NCBI RefSeq assembly: GCF_006345805.1
Contig: NC_043000.1
Span: 19,406,001 to 19,470,000, forward strand
Direction: 5' to 3'
Length of the DNA stretch: 64,000 nucleotides
Origin: Octopus sinensis
Taxonomy: Eukaryota
Part shown: one piece after another, positions 49,300 to 61,565 of the stretch
Layout of the letters: each line of letters opens with the position of its first letter
How positions within the stretch are numbered: position 1 is the first letter of the stretch
The notes under the pieces: model-generated
What the model was told of the DNA's origin: nothing
Seen by the model: the letters and a program-made list of their open reading frames with translations, nothing else
Databases searched by the model: none
Position numbers and translations under genes: made by a program

Positions 49300-49885
49300 T
49301 TTACATGAAGCCAAATGACAGGCACTTCAATCAGATTATATAATATATGGCGCAAGGTACGGCAACCAGGATGCAATATGTAACAAAGTCGGTGTGTGAG
49401 TTTACATCACGTCCGACCTTCCATGGCCTATTTCATGACCTCACAACCTATTTCTGGGTGAACTAGCACCCTGCACATGATGTCGTTTATGTGCCTATCT
49501 ACATGAAATTCTGACCCGAAGCTTACCCTCTAACTATAAGATGATCGTCGGACAAGTTACACACACCCGGTATAGCTGTGCATCGTCAGATGCTGGATTG
49601 CAAGTTCATTGACTTGTTCTATTTGATGCACGTTCTTGTAAACACCTTACACCTTTTCAATACGGTACCAACAACTTTGATAGGATATTGTCCGATGACA
49701 TGAGGTGATGCTGTATGCATATGCCTTCACCACCTCCCAGTGTCCCAATTTGAGTGCGACACACATGAACACCATAGGATTCAATTTTTTTAACAGATAT
49801 GACAAAGAACATCCATGATGCGTCAGTAGTGTACTGAATGTTTTCTAATGGGTGACCAACTATTAATTCTGCCAAATCACCGCCC
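49300..49885 (+). mobile_element. Possible highly degraded CRE-like RT fragment
   Basis: Only weak remnants across frameshifts (P.IAV, HLTPFQYG, GDQ.INSAK). Confidence 0.25.
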
Positions 49886-49903
49886 AGATAATTTCAAACA
49901 CTA

Positions 49904-50140
49904 TAAAAATCGAAGGTAAAAAGAGAGAAAATAGAAAGCTTCTGGTAATACGGAAAGTTATAAAAGACCTTTACATTTCAGGTGCAGAGGCCCATCTTCA
50001 GAAGAAAAACAGTCTGAGGACTGTCCAGTTATGTATGCTTGCCAGACTGTTTTCTTCTTGAAGATGGGTTTTTGTGCCTGAAATATAAAGGTTTTATAAA
50101 ACTTCACGCATTGTGAGAAGCTTTCTCTTTTTTCTCTTTT
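49904..50140. mobile_element. Second copy (inverted) of the palindromic HHR-like element
   Basis: Reverse complement of 39811-40046 with about 4-5 differences. Confidence 0.8.
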
Positions 50141-50551
50141 ATAGAGAGGAGAACAGTTGATTATATCGACCCAAGTATTTGACCGACATTTTATGTTATC
50201 GACCCCGGAAAGAATGAAAGGCAAGGTTGAACTCGGTAGTATTTGAACTCAGAAAGTAAAAATCCGAAATAAATACTGGAAAGCATTCTTGCCCAACGCT
50301 GTAAGTGATTCTGAAAATTCACCATAATAATGACGCTATAATTATAATGGTATATTTAGATTTTATAATTTACTCTGTAATAGCATGCATAAACTACAAA
50401 TATTTTGAAATTTTGAGTATTTTTCCCCTTTCAAAAGAACCAACAGTTTGTTAGACAGTAATATTTTCAAAAGGATTTCTTTATAATGCAATGATTGCAA
50501 TACTGTTCATTTAACGTTTTTATATTTGTTAACTCAATACGATTTTCCTTT

Positions 50552-50935
50552 GTGGAGGCGCAATGGCCCAGTGGTTAGGGCAGCGGACTCGCGGTCATAG
50601 GATCGCGGTTTCGATTCCCAGACCGGGCGTTGTGAGTGTTTATTGAGCGAAAACACCTGAATCTCCGCGCGGCTCCGGCAGGGGATGGTGGTGATCCCTG
50701 CTGTACTCTTTCACCACAACTTTCTCTCACTCTTACTTCCTGTTTCTGTTGTACCTGTATTTCAAAGGGCCGGCCTTGTCACTCTCTGTGTCACGCTGAA
50801 TATCTCCGAGAACTACGTTAAGGGTACACGTGTCTGTGGAGTGCTCAGCCACTTACACGTTAATTTCACGAGCAGGCTGTTCCGTTGATTCGGATCAACC
50901 GGAACCCTCGTCGTCGTAACCGACGGAGTGCTTCC
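50552..50935 (+). mobile_element. SINE family C, full length with 13 bp TSD
   Basis: TSD ACGATTTTCCTTT at 50539-50551 and 50936-50948. A box TGGCCCAGTGG, B box GTTTCGATTCC. Confidence 0.93.
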
Positions 50936-51580
50936 ACGATTTTCCTTTCACTTTGGCTTCAGTTCTGGCATTTCATTCTCTATTATTCGATTTCTACGTC
51001 TCATTTCATACTTTATTTCAATGGAAAAAAAGATAAAGGTTGAAAGATTAAATTAAGTTTAGAAATATTGTTCAAATAATTGTAATTAGACTAGTAGGTC
51101 CAAGATAGTGCTTCTTTGTAAATGTTAAATTACTTAAAGAGAGTATTAATACTTTGTTTCTTATTTCTTTTCAGAAAATTTTGATTAGCTTCCATTTGAA
51201 ACTTTCACCATTTAAATGCTGAATGCAATGAGACGGTATGCGATATTAAGGAAGTGGCATTAAAAGTAGTAACAAGAAGTTTTCTGTGATTCAAGAACAA
51301 AAGTCTCTTGGTCAACTTATTGTCTACTGGGGAAAAAGAAGCAAAAAAAGGCATATTATCCAAGTTCATTGCATCCCTATCCATGTAAGTTCTTATCGAC
51401 GTTGGCCTTTCATCTTTCACCGACCAATAAAACAAGTACTGAACGTGATTTCTCCAGTTTTCCCCAGACTGGATGATAGGCCCAAAATCCTACAAAAATT
51501 TATTACTCCAAAGGTGCCAAACGTCCAGGTGGTGGTGTTGAGTTGGGTAACAGATTAAATTTACCTACTAATTTATAATA

Positions 51581-52124
51581 CAGGGTGGTCCGAAAGTCTT
51601 ATTACCCCCTACATGTTATTTATTATTGTCATTATTATCATTATTTTTTGTTTTAATAATATAATGTCCCACCCCACTATGCTATCACTGTCTGGGAATA
51701 CCTAAATGAAGTTTTTCTGGAAAGATGGATAGGGCGACGATCGCAACAACTTCCCGCACCTGTCGATTAATCTCCCAGAAGTTCAGACCTCACGTCTTGC
51801 GATAACGCTCCGAGGGATATATCATCAAGGAGAGAGTTTCACATGAACGATACCAGAATACCCATCAGTTCAGTTGAAGGACACCGTTTGGAGAGCCTTT
51901 GCAACAATCACTAAAGCACAGCTTCGAAAAATATCACACAGGACATGGCGCCGCATCATTTTGTGCCACGAAAATGATGATGTTCATACAGACCTTCTCG
52001 ATGTGTGACAGCGTCAATGAAAGGGAATAAACTAAATCCAGTTTGTGCTTTGGATTACTGCATTATTTGTTCTTCTATTGTTCTCATTACTTTTTGGTAG
52101 GGAGTAACCAGACTTTCGGACCTG
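51581..52124 (+). mobile_element. Internally deleted Tc1/mariner-superfamily element
   Basis: Imperfect TIRs CAGG(GTG)GTCCGAAAGTC, TA at 51579-51580 and 52125-52126. Remnant WIGRR...SPRSSDLTSCD resembles WPPRSPDLTPCD. Confidence 0.8.
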
Positions 52125-52291
52125 TATAATTTACTCTCACTGAATTGTTTGAACCGGCCAAGAACATAAACTTAATTTTACAAAACTTTTATTGATTTTC
52201 AAACTATTTATTCTGAAGTATATACATTTCATAATATTTTCCTTTTTTTTCCTTTTTTGCTTTAAATTTTCTTTTTGTCTGCCACCTTTAG

Positions 52292-52294
52292 AAG
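52292..52294 (+). other. Candidate 3-nt microexon (AAG) or recursive splice site
   Basis: ~50 nt polypyrimidine tract, TAG|AAG|GTAAGT, with TGC just upstream of the acceptor. No transcript evidence. Confidence 0.35.
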
Positions 52295-52954
52295 GTAAGT
52301 CCTTTGATTGAGGTTGTAAGGATACATACTGGATTTATAACCAAGAATCGAACCCTCGGTATTCAGGCTTGTTTCCATTGTTCTTGTAATTTGCACTTAG
52401 AGCGCATCAGTTCAACCTGTTAAATTCACCACCAAACTATGTGAGACAAAAGTTCAGTGTAGATAAAGCCATTCACTTCCATTATCATTGACCTAGTTTG
52501 ACTTTAGCACAGCTATACATTCCAGAACCTATTAAAAAAAATTCTCTTTCTTCTGCAACTTCTTCGACAAAGTTAACTTTTCTGATATTTTTCCTTTCTG
52601 CCAGTTGCAGACAAGTTTACTTCTGCTATCATGAAAGTCAGAGACTTTAGCTTTTCTACACACACACTGGTAATTTACTTCCCGTGATATTAGTTTGATT
52701 TATCTTACTCTTCCTTACACAATATTTTAACAGACTTCTACAAGCACTGATAAGAGATTCTCTATCAAAACTGACTCTAACTCACTGCAGTTTTGAAACT
52801 TCGTAACGCTTCAATACAATCTCCATGTCACTTCTCAAATTGATATTTCTTTAACTATGTCACACGATGACTCTTTTTAACTTTTGTAATATAACTGTTA
52901 CAAGTTTATTATGTCACTATAAAGGTGAAATGATAAAGTTATTATAGTCTTTCA

Positions 52955-53192
52955 TGGAGGCGCGTGACTTAGTGGTTAGGGTGTCAGCACCATGATCGTA
53001 AGATTGTAGTTTCGACCGGGCGACGCGTTGTGTTCTTGAGCAAAACACTTCATTTCACCTTGCTCCAGTCCACTCAGCTGGCAAAAATGAGTAACGCTGT
53101 GATGGACTGGCGTCCCATCCAGCTGGGGAACGCATACGCCATAGAAACCGGGAAACCGGGCCCATGAGCCTGGCTAGGTTTTAAAAGGGCAC
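52955..53192 (+). mobile_element. SINE family D
   Basis: Homologous to 41631-41871. Confidence 0.85.
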
Positions 53193-53699
53193 ATTTTTTT
53201 TTAATACTCTTTCTGTATTTAGTTTTGTTTCTCTGCGTTTTTAGTTCAAATATCGTCTGCTTCGACTTTGCGTTCTGATATGATGAATGTTAAGTGTTTA
53301 TCCTTTGTGCATTGTGTTGACAGTACATGATGACTTTTTCAATAATCTGTACACGGATTATTGGTCCTGATCCTTTTTGCTCCAATCATAATAAAAATTA
53401 AGTATCAGAAAATCGATTCAATTCACATACCCCACGCTGCTACAAATACGTAGCATTGTGCTAAGAACATGAAGAAAAACGACTAAAACCTTTATCCTAC
53501 AGTCCTAGCAGAGACATGGCAACATAATCCAAGGAATTACTGTCATATCGACGTCGTCAGCGTTAACTCGTATCCAGTGACTGAGCCTCTTCATCTTGAT
53601 GAGTGCGAAGGGTGCCTGAGATAGCTATTCAGGCCAAAGGCGGTATAGGAGGGCCGGGGGGGGGGGGAATTTATCGCAGGGAGAGTTGGGGGGAAACGA

Positions 53700-53890
53700 G
53701 AAAGTGCGAGTCGCTCTTTTCGTCTTCGACGTTTGATCTCTGCCTCTAGACGTGTTTTATTTTCCATCAGGGAAGATTTGGCTATCTGCAAATGCGAGCC
53801 CAGTGAGTCAGAGTGGCTGTTCCATCGCATCTCTCTCGCCATCCTTCGGGGCTACACCTTTTCCAGTTTGCTTACTGGGACCATGAAGCG
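53700..53890 (+). mobile_element. CRE-like LINE C-terminal fragment
   Basis: EPSESEWLFHRISLAILRGY..S.LLTG resembles the CRE C-terminus (E..WLxQRxSxAxxRGNA). Confidence 0.55.
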
Positions 53891-53974
53891 GACTGACAAG
53901 CTTTTTAGATATTACGTGCTACTTTTTTCCTTTCACATATAATGAAACAATAGAAATCTTATGTAAAGTTTAAC

Positions 53975-54210
53975 TATTCTTTTTACTTTTACTTTTACTT
54001 GTTTCAATCATTTGACTGCGGCCATGCTGGAGCACCGCCTTTAGTCGAGCAAATCGACCCCGGGACTTATTCTTTTTTGTAAGCCCAGTACTTATTCTAT
54101 CGGTCTCTTTTTACCGAACCGCTAAGTAACGGGGACGTAAACACACCAGCATCGGTTGTCAAGCAATGCTAGGGGGACAAACACAGACACACAAACACAC
54201 ACACACACAT

Positions 54211-54245
<35 letters not shown>

Positions 54246-54401
54246 CGACAGGCTTCTTTCAGTTTCTGTCTACCAAATCCACTCACAAGGCATTGGTCGG
54301 CCCGGGGCTATAGCAGAGGGCACTTGCCCAAGATGCCACGCAGTGGGACTGAACCCGGAACCATGTGGCTGGTTAGCAAGCTACTTACCACACAGCCACT
54401 T
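53975..54401 (-). mobile_element. SINE family A
   Basis: Reverse-complement homology. Confidence 0.9.
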
Positions 54402-54910
54402 CTATCTATAACTTGTAATCTCTAACGATTCTGAATAAAACAATCTGAATTGTAATAACAAAAAAGTAAGAAAGAAAGAAAAATTGTGACGTAATAATCT
54501 AAATAATATGAGTTGTTATAGCAACAGAACTTACAAACAAATGTGAGGACAACACATATCAGCAATAAAAAAGGGGAATAAGCTTTGCTTTGGAGTTATT
54601 GCTTTGAAGCAAAACGTTTGAACTAAATTTGTATTTTCAACTGATTAAAAACAATCGATGGAAAAATTGCTTGTAAGTATCTCCCTGTGTTGCCGTTAAC
54701 ATATTTTCATCGGATGAGACTGTACGGACATGTATGCTCCACCGAAGAGATTTAGCCGCGCGAATGGATATCGGAATAATCAAAAGAATCGGAAAATCAA
54801 AAGAATTTATATATATTATATTTGACTATGACACATTATACAGTTGTATTGATACACGTTATAACAATGGTCCATAAAGAGAGATGTTTTTTTAGAAATA
54901 CTTGTACATA

Positions 54911-55209
54911 TCTTTATATATAAAACTGTAGTTGTGTGTCTGTCTACTCCAATTTAGATTCCTAACTACTCCCACATTTTGCGGTGCAGTTTAACCAAAA
55001 GCGGGTATCTTATAGTCGTAATTCATATCGAGCCCCTCATCGTAGCGCGCGTCTACGATGAGTCTACGATTTAAAAAAAAAATTACCATCATTTTTTCCC
55101 ATTTTTAATTCATTTTTCGCTCGGTTTTATATAAGGAAAGTAACTCTCTAAATATGCTTATATAGTTATTTCCCTTACGAACCCGAGCAACGCCGGACGA
55201 TACTGCTAG
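54911..55209 (+). mobile_element. Non-autonomous Helitron
   Basis: A|TC...hairpin...CTAG|T. Confidence 0.9.
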
Positions 55210-55534
55210 TAATTGATAAAGACAAAAGTTTGTAAAACATATTTACTCGTTGAACAATGAAAGTTTTGTTCAAGTACTTTCAAAAAATATTCTCAATATA
55301 AAGAAATAAAAAGATAAAATAGCTAGACAAGAAGGTATTGATCTTGTGAAAAGAAATTTAGTTTGACAATCAAGAATTAGAAGTATTATTGAAAGTAATT
55401 TCCACACAGTATTTACAAGTAACACAACAGTAACAAATAATTAGTAAATGTGATACTACATCTCATAGTTTCCTAGGTATCTAAATGATGAAACAAAATG
55501 AATTCAGTATGTTAACCTATAAATCTCAAAGCTT

Positions 55535-55535
55535 G

Positions 55536-55578
<43 letters not shown>

Positions 55579-55640
55579 GCCATCACCATCACCATCACCA
55601 CCACCATCATCAACATCATCATCATCATTATCATCGTCGT
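55535..55640. repeat. (CAT/CAC)n microsatellite
   Basis: Directly visible. Confidence 0.9.
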
Positions 55641-56049
55641 CGTTTAAAAGTTACTTTACCAAATTTGCGTGGGTAGGACGGAATTTGTTGAGGCGGATTT
55701 TCTACAGCCGGATACATTTCTTTTTACCAACCCTCCCGTTTCCAGTCAAAATAATATTTCTCATGACCAGACAAGTTTTTCACGGAAGCCTGGAAACGAA
55801 AAACACTACTTGCATGACAGGACATTCATTTACAAACATATGCAAATGTCTTCAACCATAGCGTTTGCATTGGTCAAAAGTCCACCAAGCCATGAAGTTC
55901 ACCTCTGCTATTACTACCACCTCAGTTAAATTCTTTGACATACTGTTTCTATTAGCTACCCCCACCCCACATCTTTATCTGCATCATTTACTAACCCACT
56001 GACTCCCACTCCTACTTCAATTTCACCTAATTTTACCCCACTCATACCT

Positions 56050-56281
56050 ATTTCTTTACTACCCACAAGGGGCTAAACACAGAGAGGACAAACGAGGACA
56101 GACAAACGGATTAAGTCGATTATATCGACCCCAGTGCGTAACTGGTACTTATTTAATCGACCCCGAAAGGATGAAAGGCAAAGTCAACCTCGGCGGAATT
56201 CGAACTCAGAACGTAGCGACAGACGCAATACCGCTAAGCATTTCGCCCGGTGTGCTAACGGTTCTGCCAGCTCGCCGCCTC
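56050..56281 (-). mobile_element. SINE family B1, full length
   Basis: Head to Tx1-like tail; possible CTCATACC duplication at the flanks. Confidence 0.9.
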
Positions 56282-56299
56282 ATACCATATTCTGACGTC

Positions 56300-56633
56300 G
56301 TTTATTCACAATTCTCTTTGTCTCCATCGCAGCCTATGCAGCTGAAATGAAACTCTGACTACATGTTCCAGTCACATCGAATAATACACTTCTTTCAGCA
56401 GCGCAGTTACTCCAAATCAGCCCTTGACATTGCTCATTGTTCTACCCTAGCTATTGATCTCACTGAGCGCCTTTACGACAATGTCAGGACAACATTGTGC
56501 TACATTTTTGCCTCTTCCACGCCAACCTTACAGAATCCTACAGCATTTTTTAGCCTCTCTTCTTTCTGATGCCAACTTAGTCTGAGCAACCTTCTAGTCC
56601 ACAATTCTTCACACCCAACCTGGAACATCCCCC

Positions 56634-56680
<47 letters not shown>

Positions 56681-56930
56681 TGCCGCACCACCTGTTACTT
56701 CATTCAAAACATTATAATCCCACATGATGCTAGGTCAACTTTCCATGTCACAGACCGTTTCTCCGGTATCTCCGAAAATGCCATTTATTGCATTAAATAT
56801 CAACCTTTTTGTTCATAGTGATATTTATTGGATGTTCAGCGCAACAAAACCGGGTGAATCAAACATAAGCTTGCCACATCAATTCTGTGAACCAAACTTA
56901 TCTACATGCCGTTGCTTATGTGATTATATA
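56300..56930 (+). mobile_element. Highly degraded Penelope-like element (Neptune-like C-terminal half, GIY-YIG)
   Basis: Across frameshifts: YSQF..LHR.LCS, FFQQRSYSKS.LD.A, LSNLLVH, TTCYFI...F.VTDRF...S.NAIYCI, GE...L..QF.E. Confidence 0.6.
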
Positions 56931-59464
56931 TTTTATAGCTTTCGTTTACACTCACATAATCTTCACTAACTCACTTTTACCCAAACATTTGCACACGCTT
57001 GATCGCCTACCATACACCTACATCATCAGTGTTACGTTTTTCTCATATCACACAAATACATTGCCACATCTTGTACATATGTTCGCACACAACCATGGTC
57101 ACACAATAGATTTCCCATTCACCCACATATTTATAAAAATATAATTTACGCATACTTCATTTTATTTAAGACTCTTTTCTCTGGAAAATATCTTTACTCC
57201 TCTATCCGCTATTATAATATGTCGAATCACTGACCAAACATTTTTCTTTTCATTTCTTTTTTCTTTTCTTTCTATAGTCTTTTGCTTTCTATTTTCTTTC
57301 TTTCAATCTTAACAAAAGAGACCTATGCAAAATGTCCGTCGGGAACATGTTGTGCAGTATTTTCCCGCTTCTTCACGTCCTAAATCTAAACCCTGTCGAT
57401 GGCTTCTATCTTAAACAAAGGACAACCACCCGGAATATCTCATCTTTCTTTCCTTCTCTCCACATTGCTGTGACATTGACTTTGTACTCTTGTTTGTTGT
57501 TTTCATTGCTTAGTTGTTACTTTGTTTTGATCACGCTTTATTTGGATATTAATTGCGTGAATATTCATTGGAGTTAGATACATCATAGGAAATATATCTC
57601 AAACTTAATGAGTTCTCAACATAATTCTACAAACATTTAATTTATTGATGCTTACAATATCTACGATCTAAATTAAATGAAATATGATATCAAATTAAAA
57701 TTATATTTGTAAATTTCGCATCACTTGAACACAATAAGAACTGATATGGATTATAAGGGCATGCGAAAATCACTACATAACACAAAATCATTACTCAAGA
57801 CAACTTTCTAACTTTGGCAATGTGAAAATATCATCTGGTATCAATTATAATTAAACTTGGCCACAGCTAAATTGGCGGTCATCAATAACTGTTGACACAA
57901 GGCCAGCAATTTTGAGAAGAGCGGGAAGTTGAATACATTGACGTCAGAGCTCAGCAATTATTTATTCTGTAGATACCGAAAGGATGAAGAGTAAGTGAAT
58001 TTGCTTCGGATCGTACAGTTTGGTAGAAGCTGTTTAGGGAATGGTTTCGTTTGCTGAAGATGGAGAAGACAATAAGAAAACAGAAGAAAAGAGCCAGGAG
58101 CAACGCAATCATAGTTGCTACTATTACTACCGTCACCACCATTACACATACATGCTTCCCTTGCATGTATGGATAATGGTGAAAGAATGGCAGCAACCAT
58201 TATCCATTATCCATGGTGAAAGAATGGCAGCAACCATGACTTATTTTTCAGCGTTTCTGTGATGACTTATTTTTCAGCGTTTTTGTGATTGGTCGTAGAA
58301 AGTGAGAAAGTTCGACCCAAACTATAAGACTTAGCTCCAATGTTGGCAATCGAATGAACTCTGCTAAAGGCACCATCGAACCAGGTGATGGTGTTAAACA
58401 GGGTGATGAATTAAGTTTTCCACATAAGGCCTAGAACACAAGAAGCCTGAATAAATATCACACGGATTCTCACACGACTAACGATTCTACTAAAGCGGAT
58501 ATTTTATCGGCCCCAAAAGGATGAAAGGCCAAATTGTCCTTAGTGAGATTTGAACTGTGAGCATCGGTTTCATGAACAAATATTGCGAAATATTTTGTCC
58601 TGACGACTCAAACAATTCAACACTTTATGGATCCGAGATAAGGCTGATGAGCGATGAGCGGTAGGGAGTGGACGTCGTGATCGGATTTCAAAAGAGTACC
58701 GAAAAAAAGAGAGAATAGAATGTCTGTGTTAGTTTGCGAAAATAAAACGGAGAGGACGAGAGAGAGAGAGATGAAGCCAAAAAGGCAGATAGACATACAC
58801 AACAGAGATACAAGCAGACAGACAGACAGACAGACAGAGACATGGTGAAAAAATTTGTTGGTTTTACAAGAAAAGTATTTCATATGTGGGCTATACTTCA
58901 ATTTTAAACACCGTAACTAGTTCGAGTATTCTGACACATATTCAACAAATTATATAAGAAACTCTTAAAATATTTTATGATTCTATAAGATTTTATGCTC
59001 CAAACCATAGACTGATAAACAAACAAATCTACTCTTAGCTACACGACAGAGTATTAGGTAAATAAACATCGTATATTGATTTGATTTACCATGTTTGAGA
59101 GAAAACATACACACGCATCCACTCAGTGTTTGGAATTAAGGACATTACTTAGTCGTAATGTTTTGGAAATTTATATTTCTTTTCGACATTTTCTTTGGAT
59201 TTTTATATTTTAGACTTGTAAGCATTACAATTCCGAAGTTTTAAAATGTATTGTTTCATTATTCATTTTATTAAAAAAAATGATAATTTTGATATTTCTC
59301 TGGAATTTTAATCCATTACAGTTAATTCAAATCCACTATAGATTATTGAAATCTAAATTCCTATGTGAGCAAAACAGATTCACAGTTTTCTTAGATTTAT
59401 GAATTATTTTCTCATTAAAATAGTATCGTTACGTTACTCCATTATTGTGACGTAATAATCTAAA

Positions 59465-59491
59465 CTAGCTGGACCCGTGAAAAATTCACGG
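59465..59491 (-). mobile_element. 3' terminus of a second Helitron family
   Basis: Minus strand CCGTGAA-TTT-TTCACGG hairpin, then GTCCAG-CTAG|T. The left flank is identical for 20 nt to the uninterrupted site at 54484. Confidence 0.6.
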
Positions 59492-60964
59492 AAAACATAA
59501 AAATGTAAGCATCTGTAAACAGTGTAGTGGTGCGATGAGAACTGTTTGCATATTATGACCGTCTGTCTATATGTTCTAAATTCAAATTCTGCCGAGGTCG
59601 ACTTTACCTTTCGTCCTTTCAGGATCGATAAGTTAAGTACCAGTTGTGTACTGGGGTCGATCCAAACAACTGCCCCCCTACCTCCCACAAAAATTTTCAA
59701 GCCTAGAAAAGTATATTGTGATAGTTAAAGAATATAGAAAGTGATGTAACACCAATGACTATATAATCCATCCAAAATATTTCAGTTACACAAACGTAAA
59801 CGGAATTACTATTTAACCTTAGAATACATAGTACATATTCAAAGAACCTGCTTAGCTTAGTGGTACGGAACGTTTTTCTGGTATTCTTTTACTTGTTTCA
59901 GTCATTTGACGGTGGCCACGCTGGAGTACCACCCTTTAGTCGAAGAAATTTATCCTTGGACTTATTCCCTGTAAGCCTGGTGCTTATTCTATCAGTCTTT
60001 ACTGCTGAACAGCTAAATTACAGGGACGCAAACGCCCCAATATCGGTTCATATTGTTCATAGCTTGTGCTCTTGAAAATGCGACATATAATTGGTCATGA
60101 GAAAATACCGGTTGAGGCAAACGTATTCCAACTTTTTCAAATGTTTGCTCTTGAGCCTTATTAACTGTCATTGAATATGCAAGTCGAAGTGGAAACTGAA
60201 GTCTGTTTAGTGTGAATGGAATATTTGCATCTTCACTCCTTCTGTTCTATATGGAGCTAAAGATTATATGGGACTAAGGAGGCCTCAGTCAACAAGTTAT
60301 AGTGGAAGACACCTGTCCAAGGTGCCACGCAGTGGAACTAAACCCGGAACAATGTAGTTGAGAAGCAAATTTCTGAACACGCACACACGTCTGCGCCTTT
60401 ATCAATGAGGAACACCTAAGAGGCCCATATTAAAACGTGTGAGGGAAGTTATTAATCAAACGTTCAAAAGTCACATGCGGCTCAAACATTTCAAGTCTTC
60501 ATATATCTACCTACAAGAAGTATTATCAATGCAATTAATTTTCATACTACTAAATATTATCATGTTTTAGGGTTTATATACTAAATTTCGTGTTTATGGA
60601 TTGGATTGGATTAGACTGGGTTGTCTGTGTTAAGTCCAATGCAGGACGAAGTGCTCAGAATATTCTCTTCACCAACCACAGTCTGATGTTGAGGCAGTGA
60701 ATTTGAGCTTGAGATCATACTGGTTTGGTAAGCCTACTCTTCCACACTGGCTCGACATGGATTGGCAGAGGGATGCAGTTTTTATACTCATACCCAGGAG
60801 TAGTAAAATCTATTAAATCGACCTCTGTGCATCCCGTAAGGATGAAAGGTATAGTCGGTCTCGGCGGAAATTGAAGTTAGAAAGTACAGACGGACGAAAG
60901 TATTTCGCCCGGCATGCTAACGTTTCTATCAACTCGCCGCCCATATTTATTTACCAAAAGATAT

Positions 60965-61565
60965 TTGCCATTCCAAAGGCAGAGACGTTAGTACGCCGGG
61001 CAAAATGCTTTGCGGTATTTCGTCTGTCGTTACGTTGTGAGTTCAAATTCCGCCGAGGTTGACTTTGCCTTTCATCCTTTCGGGGTCGATAAATTAAGTA
61101 CCAGTTACGCACTGGGGTCGATGTAATCGACTTAATTCTTTTGTCTGTCCTTGTTTGTCCCCTCTGTGTTTAACCCTTTGTGGGTAATAAAGAAATAGGT
61201 ATTTCGTCTGTCGCTACGTTCTGAGTCCAAATTCCGCCGAGGTCGACTTTGCCTTTCATCCTTTCGGGATCGATTAAATAAGTACCAGTTACGCACTGGG
61301 GTCGATGTAATCGACTTGATCCGTTTGTCTGTCTTTGTTTGTCCTCTCTGCGTTTAGCCCCTTGTGGGTAGTAAAGAAATAGGTATTTCGTCTGTCGCTA
61401 CGTTCTGAGTTCAAATTCCGCCGAGGTCGACTTTGCCTTTCATCTTTTCGGGATCGATTAAATAAGTACCAGTTACGCACTGGGGTCGATATAATCGATT
61501 TGATCCGTTTGTCTGTCTTTGTTTGTCCTCTCTGCGTTTAGCCCCTTGTGGGTAGTAAAGAAATA
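60965..61565 (+). mobile_element. SINE B1 followed by two headless 184 bp tandem units
   Basis: Units start at 61014, 61198 and 61382; junction AAAGAAATA|GGTATTTCG both times. Confidence 0.92.

Noticed and set aside
48740-49300. Possible host gene or LTR protease remnant
   Set aside because: Multiple stops in all frames and no motif I can defend.
52400-52920. Non-repeat, coding-looking minus-strand stretch
   Set aside because: Frequent stops in the frames examined and no recognisable homology.
55485-55676. Poly-histidine ORF
   Set aside because: (CAT)n microsatellite with no flanking homology.
58176-58288. Two adjacent small tandem duplications
   Set aside because: Ordinary slippage products with no further structure.
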